This document shows positions 1-7,978 of a stretch of 64,000 bases of DNA, piece by piece. Position numbers and translations under genes: made by a program. The stretch spans positions 22,941 through 86,940 of the forward strand of contig DBKT01000012.1 of NCBI GenBank assembly GCA_002297365.1. The letters are read 5' to 3'. Every line of letters begins with the position of its first letter. The stretch's first letter is position 1. Source of the DNA: Bacillales bacterium UBA743 (lineage in GTDB: Bacteria > Bacillota_I > Bacilli_A > RFN20 > CAG-826). The notes beneath the pieces are model-generated. The model searched no databases and had not been told where the DNA came from. It saw only the letters and a program-made list of their open reading frames with translations.

Positions 1-227
1 CTTGACTTCCAGGTTTTATTGCCATTTTCGGCATGGGTTACCGTGGCGGTGACTAAGACTTTTTCGCCGATTGCAACTTCAACGGCCTTCTTATCAACGC
101 TGATGGAAGCCTTCGCCACTTCAGAGCTCTCCTCAGCAGAAGATGACGAGTTGTTGCCATTCGAGCATCCAGCTAAGCCAAGAATTGCGGCCATAGCCAA
201 TGGAAATAAGACGATCTTACGATTCAT
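1..227 (-). CDS. Lipoprotein, N-terminal part only (gene continues beyond window start)
   Basis: Minus-strand ATG at 225-227 preceded by AGGAG. Translation is MNRKIVLFPLAMAAILGLAGCSNGNNSSSSAEESSE..., a signal peptide with lipobox LAGC and a Ser/Glu-rich linker like the other lipoproteins here. Missing from the ORF track because it has no stop inside the window. Confidence 0.6.
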   Translation of the reverse strand, partial: MNRKIVLFPLAMAAILGLAGCSNGNNSSSSAEESSEVAKASISVDKKAVEVAIGEKVLVTATVTHAENGNKTWKS

Positions 228-345
228 GTTAATTAATTTCTCCTTTATTAACACCACTATTTTAGAGCGCTTTTATGGGCGAAACAAGCCCCACACATCT
301 ACTAAAATAGCTAGCCAAGAATGTAAATTTTTTATGTAGAAAAGT

Positions 346-372
346 AAAGAAAAAGCCTTCTTTTTGAAGGCT
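346..372 (-). terminator. Rho-independent terminator downstream of tRNA-Lys
   Basis: Stem AGCCTTC/GAAGGCT (354-360/366-372) with a 5-nt loop, followed on the minus strand by TTTTCTTT. Confidence 0.5.
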
Positions 373-383
373 ATATTTCTATG

Positions 384-459
<76 letters not shown>

Positions 460-518
460 AGCGCAACGATTATGTTATAACATTAAGAAATCATCCGCAA
501 GGAAAAAATACCTCAAGG

Positions 519-547
519 CAAGAAAAGGCCCCGCTAAACGGAGCCTT
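519..547 (-). terminator. Probable intrinsic terminator after the small membrane protein gene
   Basis: Imperfect 9-bp stem AAGGCCCCG/CGGAGCCTT (one mismatch), followed on the minus strand by a T-rich run. Confidence 0.4.
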
Positions 548-562
548 GCACTTTTTCTTTCG

Positions 563-997
563 CTATTTACGGCTTAGCGTGCCTAAATAAGCGATGTCCC
601 TTTTGGCGTCCTTCCTTTTTTTCAACGCCTTAATGAGCCAGATGGTGCCAATGCTCAAAGAGACGATTCCGCCAATCAGGCAAACCACGCAAATGACAAA
701 CTGCAAGGAGGCGAAGTCCACTCCCACAATTTGGTTCCTGCTTTTTTTAAGAGAGAGGAAGATAAAAAGAATTCCGATTGCCAAGACGATTCCGCCAATA
801 ACCTCAAAACACATCGCATTTTGAGAAAGGTCATATCCTTCGGTATCGCGGCGATGCGCAGCCTGGGAGAAAGAAGAAACTTCACTCGGCTTGATTTTCT
901 CAACCCAATCGGCATCATTCGTTTCATCCGTTTTTTCCCATATCAAAACGAGGTTTGTTTTATCGTATAGGGGTTTTTCCAATTTCTGTTTCGTCAT
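563..997 (-). CDS. Small membrane protein, two predicted TM helices, unknown function
   Basis: The start was moved to the internal ATG at 997 (MTKQKLEKPLYDK...), which is preceded by AGGAGG and avoids overlap with the upstream gene. Two hydrophobic segments are visible: IGGIVLAIGILFIFL and FVICVVCLIGGIVSLSIGTIWLI. Confidence 0.55.
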   Translation of the reverse strand: MTKQKLEKPLYDKTNLVLIWEKTDETNDADWVEKIKPSEVSSFSQAAHRRDTEGYDLSQNAMCFEVIGGIVLAIGILFIFLSLKKSRNQIVGVDFASLQFVICVVCLIGGIVSLSIGTIWLIKALKKRKDAKRDIAYLGTLSRK

Positions 998-1031
998 CCT
1001 TTTCCTCCTTTCTTTCAAAAGCAAATCAAGA

Positions 1032-2939
1032 TTAAGCGTTATAAGTTCCCGTGATCTGAATGTCACTAGGATTCACCAAGGCAATCTGGTCGCGATGGTT
1101 TTTACCAGAGGCAGAAACATAATTCTGCCAAATGCCCGTGATCTTACAAATCTTTGGTTGATAGTTAGTGACAATAAGAGAGTCGGCAATCTTTTTTTCT
1201 TCATCGGTTTTCGCGTTTTCCTTCGTAAGCACGGTTGGATAAACATATTCCGCGCCAAGAGGGTTATATTCGTTCTTGCCACCCGTGTAGAACTTATAGG
1301 TATAAGAAGATTCGGCCCCATAGGTTTTCAAAACGCCGTCGAATTGAACCAAACGAACTTCCGTAGAGCCTGCTTGCGCGCTTTGCAAGTTGCCGAAGAA
1401 AATGATCTTATTATTGTCGTTATAATATGGGTAAGCAGTATTGTAACGATTCACCTCTTGAAGACCGCCATCGGTGAACGTCGTATCCTGATTGCAATAG
1501 ACATCATCTTCCAAAGAAATCAAAACATGATTGAGATTGCTCTTATTTTGTGAAGCTTCATCATATTGTTCCTTGCTTAAAACAATTGGCTTTATTTGAT
1601 CTTTCTTAACGGATTTCTCAGAGATGATCTCAACGTCTCTATAAGGATCGACGTCGAATTCACGATAGGAAATGCCCATCATCTGCAAGGTTCCTGAATA
1701 GGAAGAAAGAACGCCAATCACTTTCACATAATCGCCAACGTCAATCGGAGTTTGAGCATAAGTAAAGACGTACATGCCATACGCTTCTGGGAGAGAGCCA
1801 TCCTCTGGCATTTCATAAGAAGGCTTATCTTGGAAATAGAAAGCCCCGTTTAACTTACGTGTGACATATCCTTCCAATTGATAAAGGGTTTTTGAACAAT
1901 CGTTATGCTCTTCATTGATATCAAATAAATCGCAAGTAAGCGTTCCATCACTCACGTGAGTTGCCTCATACACTTCTTTTAAGGTCTTCTTAACAGGCGG
2001 GTTGTCTTTGCTGTAGTAGAAATAGTTCTTATCTTTTTCGCCGCTATATTCATTTCTCTTGTTCGCTTGAGCGGATAAGTTGGCCGCGTCAAACGTCCAA
2101 TAGAATCCTTCCCCCATATCATCGGGAGAGCCAATGCCTTGCGAAAGGCCTTGATAGACCATCTCTAAATTCAAGCAACGGAAATCCTCCATCTCGGGAT
2201 TCTCTTTTTCGGAATACCAAACGTAGGCCAAAGAACGCTGATTTCCATCCGCCGTCGCAGCTTTGTTTTCCAATCCTGCGGCCCATCCTTGAGACTCCAA
2301 TATGATACGTTTTGCTTTAGAAAGAACGCTTTTGTTATAAATGGAGGCCGTCTTTCCCCACTCTTCTAATTCGGAAGTGGATTCCGGGGTATCGATTCCT
2401 AAATAACGAATTTTGACGGTATAGCCTTTATTTAAAGTAGCAACATGTGTGGTATCGCCATCGACATAATTCATGAACGAATCAGCGCCAATTTTCAAGG
2501 TATCCGTATAAGAAGTCGCCACTTGTTCCAAACCGTTCGTACGAAAATCCATCACTTTTGGATTATTCATGACGTTATAGAAGGCATCCTTGTCGACGTT
2601 GAGTTTAAATTGGCTGACCCAATCCACATCTTTGTCTACGACGTAATAGGCAGCGACTTTGTTTTCGCCTTTTTTCAAGACGTAAGAATATTTGCCATCT
2701 TTCTTCGTCAAGGTTTCATCATTTACGGTCACGTGGTCAACGTAAAAGTTTTGAGTGGGATTCACGCTGAAAGTAATGACATCCCCTTCTTTTAGATTTT
2801 CGTTCTTTTGATCGAAAACGATTTTGCCATAATGGCTTTCCGAAGTAATATCGACGTAACTGGCGCTGCCTTCAAGGGATTTGCAAGAAGGAAGAAGCGC
2901 TAAGCTTGAGAGAACTAAAATAACAGTATTCTTTTTCAT
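1032..2939 (-). CDS. Surface lipoprotein with staphylococcal-nuclease (SNase/thermonuclease) domain and C-terminal OB-fold-like modules
   Basis: Signal peptide with lipobox LLPSC. SNase landmarks are YVDGDT, RYLGIDTPES and NQRSLAYVWY...LNLEMVYQGL. A C-terminal OB-like segment reads LYQLEGYVTRKLNGAFYFQD...VKVIGVLSSYSGTLQM. Confidence 0.85.
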   Translation of the reverse strand: MKKNTVILVLSSLALLPSCKSLEGSASYVDITSESHYGKIVFDQKNENLKEGDVITFSVNPTQNFYVDHVTVNDETLTKKDGKYSYVLKKGENKVAAYYVVDKDVDWVSQFKLNVDKDAFYNVMNNPKVMDFRTNGLEQVATSYTDTLKIGADSFMNYVDGDTTHVATLNKGYTVKIRYLGIDTPESTSELEEWGKTASIYNKSVLSKAKRIILESQGWAAGLENKAATADGNQRSLAYVWYSEKENPEMEDFRCLNLEMVYQGLSQGIGSPDDMGEGFYWTFDAANLSAQANKRNEYSGEKDKNYFYYSKDNPPVKKTLKEVYEATHVSDGTLTCDLFDINEEHNDCSKTLYQLEGYVTRKLNGAFYFQDKPSYEMPEDGSLPEAYGMYVFTYAQTPIDVGDYVKVIGVLSSYSGTLQMMGISYREFDVDPYRDVEIISEKSVKKDQIKPIVLSKEQYDEASQNKSNLNHVLISLEDDVYCNQDTTFTDGGLQEVNRYNTAYPYYNDNNKIIFFGNLQSAQAGSTEVRLVQFDGVLKTYGAESSYTYKFYTGGKNEYNPLGAEYVYPTVLTKENAKTDEEKKIADSLIVTNYQPKICKITGIWQNYVSASGKNHRDQIALVNPSDIQITGTYNA

Positions 2940-2954
2940 ATATCAATTCGTGCC

Positions 2955-4490
2955 CTATTTTGTGTTTTTGATGGTTTGGTTATAAGCGGTTTGCAAAGCG
3001 GCATCCACGCTCATTTTAGAACCGACGACGTATTTCAACGTATTGCCAATTTCCGTACGGGCTTTTTCGGAGCCAAGGAAAACGGAAGAGGTCATATAGT
3101 TTTGACGGAGCTTTCCAGTCAATGCCGGTATGGCGTAATTCAATCCTTTGTCCTTTTGCGCAACCCAGTTTTTATAGGCATCGGTTTCGAAAGAAGACAA
3201 ACGAACAGGGTCATAGGAATTCTGCAAAGCCAATTTTGCGTTGTTGAGTGGATCGGCCATATATTTGTAGAATAGCCAAGCCCCCTTATGAATATAGGAA
3301 TTGCCGTTGTTAAAGAAAGCGATGGAAGGCCCTTGTTGGATGTATTTTGCTTCCTTTCCTTCAGGATGAGGGACGGGCGCTAAACGCACAGCGAAATTGG
3401 AGGAGACTTGGTAAGAAGAGCCGCCTGTGGATCCAATAGACATAGCGGATTTAACGGCAGTGAAATATTTGTTCGTGTAATTCCCTTGAAGAACGCCTTT
3501 AGTAATCAATATTCTGTCGTTAATCAAACCGGACAGTTCTTCAATGAGAGCTTTTGTCTGATCGTTTTTGAAAACGATGTGATCACTTGGCTTATTGATG
3601 TTCTCGTTCGTCGTATAAGGGATTCCCCTCATTGCCATCTGTGAAATCATCAAATTAGAATCTGAATCGTAGCCGACAGGATAGAATTCATCGCTGACGC
3701 CTTCCGTTTTCATATCGGCTAGCATTTTGCGAGAGGTGGCAACCATTTCTTCCCAGGTTTCAGGAACCTCATAGGTGTATCCGCCATTTTCCTTGACCCA
3801 CGTTTTGAAGGAGGCCAATTCTTCATCGGTTACTTTTTCGCTATTAGCGGTTTCCAATTTTTCAGCATAAGTCGTTTTCTTTTCGGCGTTTGCTTCAAAT
3901 TTCTTTGCTGTTTGCTTATTCGCGCCAGCAAAATAGGATGCGTTATAATACATTGCCTCGGTTGATTTATACATAGGCATGGACCATGTTCCTTCGAATT
4001 GGAAATCATTTCCTTCTTCAAGGAAGGCAGGAACGAAATCAGCAAGCTCTTCTTTGGTGTAGCCAAATTTCGTATCATTAATGAAATTGTCTAAACGAAG
4101 TAAGGCCGAATTGGAAAGGGTTTTGCCAATATATGTGGAGAAATTATCTGGATAACCCATAATCAAAGCAGGCATTTCGCCACTGGCGAGTTTAGTCCTT
4201 GTTTGATCGGCTAGGGCGTCGTAATCGCCAGCGAGCTTTACGTTCTCTAGCTTATATTTACCCTCGTACTCTTTGTTGAAACCATCAATGATCGTATCCA
4301 AAACAGTCGATTTTGCATGTCCTAAGCAATTCCAGAACGGAATCGTGACAGCACTCGTTGGATCGTCTTCTGGCAAAGTGGTATCGACGTCTCCGGCTCC
4401 TGTTGTTCCGCCACGATTGCAAGAAGCCAATGCGGCCGAAGCCAACAAGCCAAAGACCAATGCTTTCCCCATCTTTTTGATTTGTTTCAT
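2955..4490 (-). CDS. ABC transporter substrate-binding lipoprotein (family 1, sugar-type SBP)
   Basis: Signal peptide with lipobox LASC. Length of 511 aa and overall pattern fit extracellular solute-binding proteins. It lies directly downstream of two MalFG-type permease genes. Confidence 0.8.
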   Translation of the reverse strand: MKQIKKMGKALVFGLLASAALASCNRGGTTGAGDVDTTLPEDDPTSAVTIPFWNCLGHAKSTVLDTIIDGFNKEYEGKYKLENVKLAGDYDALADQTRTKLASGEMPALIMGYPDNFSTYIGKTLSNSALLRLDNFINDTKFGYTKEELADFVPAFLEEGNDFQFEGTWSMPMYKSTEAMYYNASYFAGANKQTAKKFEANAEKKTTYAEKLETANSEKVTDEELASFKTWVKENGGYTYEVPETWEEMVATSRKMLADMKTEGVSDEFYPVGYDSDSNLMISQMAMRGIPYTTNENINKPSDHIVFKNDQTKALIEELSGLINDRILITKGVLQGNYTNKYFTAVKSAMSIGSTGGSSYQVSSNFAVRLAPVPHPEGKEAKYIQQGPSIAFFNNGNSYIHKGAWLFYKYMADPLNNAKLALQNSYDPVRLSSFETDAYKNWVAQKDKGLNYAIPALTGKLRQNYMTSSVFLGSEKARTEIGNTLKYVVGSKMSVDAALQTAYNQTIKNTK

Positions 4491-4505
4491 TTTTTTCTCC
4501 TTTTT

Positions 4506-5435
4506 CTAGCCTTTAATGCCAGCACGTGAAACACCACGCATAATATATTTTCTAAAGAAAATAAACACCAATAGTAACGGAACGGTAACAATTACAGTAG
4601 CCGCCATTTGCGCTCCATAGTCATCATAATTTTCCGTGGAATTGAAGGTTTCACGAAGACCATTGGTGATTAAATAGAATTGCGAATTGCCCGAAGCAAT
4701 CAAGTTTGGCCACACATAAGCGTTCCAAGACCCCATTAATTTCAGGATAAAAATCGTCGTCAAGGTAGGCATCGCCAAAGGGACCATTACTTTCCAAAGA
4801 TATTCCCAATCGCTTTTTCCGTCCACTTTCGCCGCCAAATAAAGCTCATTAGGAATTTGCTTGAAATTCTGGCGCAGCAAGTAAATATAGAAAACGGAAA
4901 TCATGAAAGGGATGATCATAGCCGTATAAGCCCCGACGATATTGTTGCCGCCAGTCATTCCAAACAAAGAAACGGAAATATAGTTAGAAACAACCATCAT
5001 TTCTCCCGGAATCATCATCGTGCTTAGAAGAATAGAGAACAAAAGGTCCTTGCCTTTAAATTCCAAACGGGCGAAAGCAAATGCCGCGAATATCGTCGTA
5101 ACCAATGTACCTAATGTAGAAATCACGCCAACAACAAGCGTGTTTCTTAAAAGAACGCCGAAATTCAAACGGCTGAAAGCACTGGCGTAATTATCCCAGC
5201 GCATCACTTCTGGCCAAAGAGTCGGAACAAGGCGCTGGATTTCTTCTCCGCCTTTTAAGGATGTGATGATCATCCAATAAAAAGGGAAAATCATAACCAA
5301 AGCGAAAAGAGCCAAAAAAGCATACACGACAACCAAAGAAACGATCTTAAGAATCTTAGATGCCACTTCTTTTTGATGGACGCTTTTCCCTTCATCAGCC
5401 AACACAAGGATAAGTTCTTCGTTTGTATTTTCCAT
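4506..5435 (-). CDS. ABC transporter permease (MalG/UgpE-like, CUT1 family)
   Basis: Six TM segments and the EAA loop AAKVDGKSDWEYLWKVMVPLAMP. Confidence 0.9.
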   Translation of the reverse strand: MENTNEELILVLADEGKSVHQKEVASKILKIVSLVVVYAFLALFALVMIFPFYWMIITSLKGGEEIQRLVPTLWPEVMRWDNYASAFSRLNFGVLLRNTLVVGVISTLGTLVTTIFAAFAFARLEFKGKDLLFSILLSTMMIPGEMMVVSNYISVSLFGMTGGNNIVGAYTAMIIPFMISVFYIYLLRQNFKQIPNELYLAAKVDGKSDWEYLWKVMVPLAMPTLTTIFILKLMGSWNAYVWPNLIASGNSQFYLITNGLRETFNSTENYDDYGAQMAATVIVTVPLLLVFIFFRKYIMRGVSRAGIKG

Positions 5436-5437
5436 AA

Positions 5438-6367
5438 TTAATAATGAACCCTCCTTTTCGAGACTTTGAATTGAATGCCCGTAAATATTAAGATGAGGAT
5501 AAATAGAAGGACGGCTGCGGCGGAAGCGTATTGAACTTGATTCTCCGCAATCTGATCATAGATGAAATAAACAATCGTCTGCATGTTTTTCTGACCGGTT
5601 GTGACATCGAAGGTCCCCCCGTCTTTCCCAAACAAGCCAATAACAGAGTTATATTCTTTAAACGCGCCAATGAAGGAAGTGATCATGATATACAAAATCT
5701 GCGGGGAGAGAAGAGGGATGGTGACTTTCATAATCGTTTTAAAACGGGAAGCCCCATCAATCTTAGCCGCATCGTAATATTGGTTGTCAACATTTTGAAG
5801 GCCGCCTAAGAAAATAAGGATCTTATATGGCAAGGAATGCCAAACGATATAGAAACAAATGGCAAAGAAAGCAGACCAATAATTGACCGCCTCGCCAGTT
5901 TGAAGGTTCATCGTGATCCAAGGATGCCCTTGAATGCCAAAGAGGGCGTTGAATAAACCGTATTGCGTATCGAAAATAACGCTGAAGACCATACCGATGG
6001 CAATCGCATTCGTAACATATGGCATAAAGAAAATCGTTTGAAAGATTTTCTTCAAGGCCTTGATTGAATTCAAGCCAATGGCAATCGCCAAAGAAAGTAT
6101 GATGGAAACCGGAACGGTAACAAAAGTCAGCAACAAAGTGTTCGGCAAAGCCGTTTTAATGACATCGTCAAAGAAAATGCCGTTAGGTGAAAGGACCTCA
6201 ATATAATTCTGGAAAGTAAAGCCGCCCTTATACCCTAAAACATAATCATAGTCAGCCGTAAAGGATACGACGAACGTGTTAATAATGGGGTAAAAAGTGA
6301 AAACGCTAAGAAGGATAATCGTCGGCGCTAGATATAGCCAGGCCTTCCAATTGTTTTTGCTTTCCAT
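5438..6367 (-). CDS. ABC transporter permease (MalF/UgpA-like, CUT1 family)
   Basis: Polytopic protein with the EAA loop AAKIDGASRFKTIMKVTIPLLSP. Its ATG overlaps the ATPase stop (TAATG). Confidence 0.9.
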   Translation of the reverse strand: MESKNNWKAWLYLAPTIILLSVFTFYPIINTFVVSFTADYDYVLGYKGGFTFQNYIEVLSPNGIFFDDVIKTALPNTLLLTFVTVPVSIILSLAIAIGLNSIKALKKIFQTIFFMPYVTNAIAIGMVFSVIFDTQYGLFNALFGIQGHPWITMNLQTGEAVNYWSAFFAICFYIVWHSLPYKILIFLGGLQNVDNQYYDAAKIDGASRFKTIMKVTIPLLSPQILYIMITSFIGAFKEYNSVIGLFGKDGGTFDVTTGQKNMQTIVYFIYDQIAENQVQYASAAAVLLFILILIFTGIQFKVSKRRVHY

Positions 6368-7848
6368 TATTTCGAAACCTCAAAACGAATTCTTTCTTCG
6401 CTTTCATGATCGAAAACATAGATTTTCGTAGGGCGAATCCCAAACTTCATCATCCCGACCTTCGCTTGGATATCCGAATCAACGATGATCTTGATGTTTT
6501 GGCCAATAAAGTCTTTATGAGAGCAGATTAAAGATATGTCCCTGCCCATTGTTTGAATAGCATCCACTTTCAAAGAAAGAACTTTCTGTTTCTCCGTGGT
6601 GTGCTCATCGCAAAGGAAGCCTTCCGGGCGAATGCCGACGTAAACCGGTTTATCTTCTTTAAAGTCTTTGGAAGACAGTATTTTTTCTTCCCCGATGTAT
6701 AGAGCGCCTTTTTCAATTCTTCCTTCGAAGACATTGATTGGAGGCGTTCCTAAGAATTTGGCGACAAAGAGATTCTTCGGGTTGCGATAAACTTCCTGTG
6801 GCTCTCCTTCTTGCATTTTAACGCCGAGCTTCATAACAACGATGCGGTCAGAAATAGACATGGCTTCTTCCTGGTCGTGGGTGACAAAAATGGTTGTAAT
6901 TCCAGTCTCTCGTTGAATACGACGAATCTCTTCTCTCGTTTGAAGACGCAAACGCGCATCCAAATTGGAAAGCGGCTCATCCAAAAGAAGGACTTTTGGC
7001 TTTTTCACCAATGCGCGGGCAATGGCAACGCGCTGTTGTTGACCACCCGATAATTCAGAAGGTTTTCTTTCAAGGTACTCATCAATTTGAACAAGCCTCG
7101 CCGTTTCTTGAACAAGGGAATCAATCTCATCGTTGTTTAGCCTTCTGGTTACGATCGTGGTCGTTCCATCTTTGTTCAAAATTTCGAATTTATCGTTCAA
7201 AGAGCAGCCTTTTCTCTCGATTTTTGCTTTTTCTTTTTGATTTTCTTCTTCTAAAGAGGAAATGATTTCTTTTAGTTTGGAAGATAGCTCTTCCCCTTTC
7301 AAGCCTTGAAGGCCAAAACGATAAACGCGATACGCTAAAGAAGTAACGATATGAAAACGGAAAACCATTCTCTTAGCAAAATTTTCCTTGGAGATTTTGC
7401 CATTATAAACGGATTCATTCAATAAAGTTTCGATTTCTTCGATATGATTCGAAAGCAAATCAATGATCGTGTTGTTGTCAATTATCTTTTTTGCTTTCAA
7501 GGAAGTCTTAACGCGGAGATTCGTCAAAGGGAATTTGACGTTATCGTAAATAGACATATGAGGATAAAGAGCGTAGTTTTGAAAAACCAAGCCGATCCCA
7601 CGTTTTTCCGGCGATAAATTGGTCACATCGGAATCCCCAAACCAAATCTCACCAGAAGTTGGAGTTTTTAAACCGGAAATCATATACAAGGTAGTAGATT
7701 TTCCGCATCCGGATGGCCCTAAAAGACCTAAGAGTTCCCCATCCTTTATGTCCAAATCAAAATCATTTACGGCAATTGTGTCTTCAGGATTTTTCCTAGG
7801 GTTTCGAGAAGGGAAGGCTTTCGTTAGGTGTTTGATTCTAATTTCCAT
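6367..7848 (-). CDS. ABC transporter ATP-binding protein (MalK/UgpC-like) with a large insertion in the helical subdomain
   Basis: Walker A GPSGCGKST, Q-loop LVFQNYALYPH, signature LSGGQQQRVA, Walker B LLLDEP, H-loop FVTHDQ, and a MalK-type C-terminal regulatory domain. About 120 extra residues lie between the Q-loop and the signature motif. Confidence 0.9.
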   Translation of the reverse strand: MEIRIKHLTKAFPSRNPRKNPEDTIAVNDFDLDIKDGELLGLLGPSGCGKSTTLYMISGLKTPTSGEIWFGDSDVTNLSPEKRGIGLVFQNYALYPHMSIYDNVKFPLTNLRVKTSLKAKKIIDNNTIIDLLSNHIEEIETLLNESVYNGKISKENFAKRMVFRFHIVTSLAYRVYRFGLQGLKGEELSSKLKEIISSLEEENQKEKAKIERKGCSLNDKFEILNKDGTTTIVTRRLNNDEIDSLVQETARLVQIDEYLERKPSELSGGQQQRVAIARALVKKPKVLLLDEPLSNLDARLRLQTREEIRRIQRETGITTIFVTHDQEEAMSISDRIVVMKLGVKMQEGEPQEVYRNPKNLFVAKFLGTPPINVFEGRIEKGALYIGEEKILSSKDFKEDKPVYVGIRPEGFLCDEHTTEKQKVLSLKVDAIQTMGRDISLICSHKDFIGQNIKIIVDSDIQAKVGMMKFGIRPTKIYVFDHESEERIRFEVSK

Positions 7849-7940
7849 GAAATCATCCTCATTGCTATTGGTGCCCTAAGGCAGCCAATTATTATAACTT
7901 ATATTATCAATCGACGCATCAAAGAACAAGCCGGCAGGCT

Positions 7941-7972
7941 TATAAAAGGGAGGCAAGCATAAGTTGCCTCCC
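7941..7972 (-). terminator. Intrinsic terminator/attenuator between the OB-fold lipoprotein gene and the ABC genes
   Basis: Perfect 9-bp stem GGGAGGCAA/TTGCCTCCC (7948-7956/7964-7972), followed on the minus strand by TTTTAT. Confidence 0.6.
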
Positions 7973-7978
7973 AAAAAA

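Noticed and set aside
19-339. Plus-strand 106-aa ORF at the window start.
   Set aside because: It is antisense to a much better minus-strand lipoprotein start (AGGAG, ATG at 227, signal peptide plus lipobox). It has no SD and no recognisable motif, so it is most likely a shadow ORF.
891-1553. Numerous long antisense or off-frame ORFs inside conserved genes, for example 891-1553, 21759-22331, 21808-22338, 48975-49517, 52293-53006 and 55381-55905.
   Set aside because: Each overlaps a strongly supported gene (nuclease, rpoC, rplE, rplV/rpsS, rplC/rpsJ) in another frame or strand and shows skewed, low-complexity composition. They are treated as shadow ORFs.
7849-7940. An internal promoter for the ABC genes (TTGTTC-17-TAATAT on the minus strand, just downstream of the 7941-7972 hairpin).
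   Set aside because: The hexamers are weak, and several alternative alignments exist in this AT-rich stretch. It cannot be supported without TSS data, so it is not listed as a feature.
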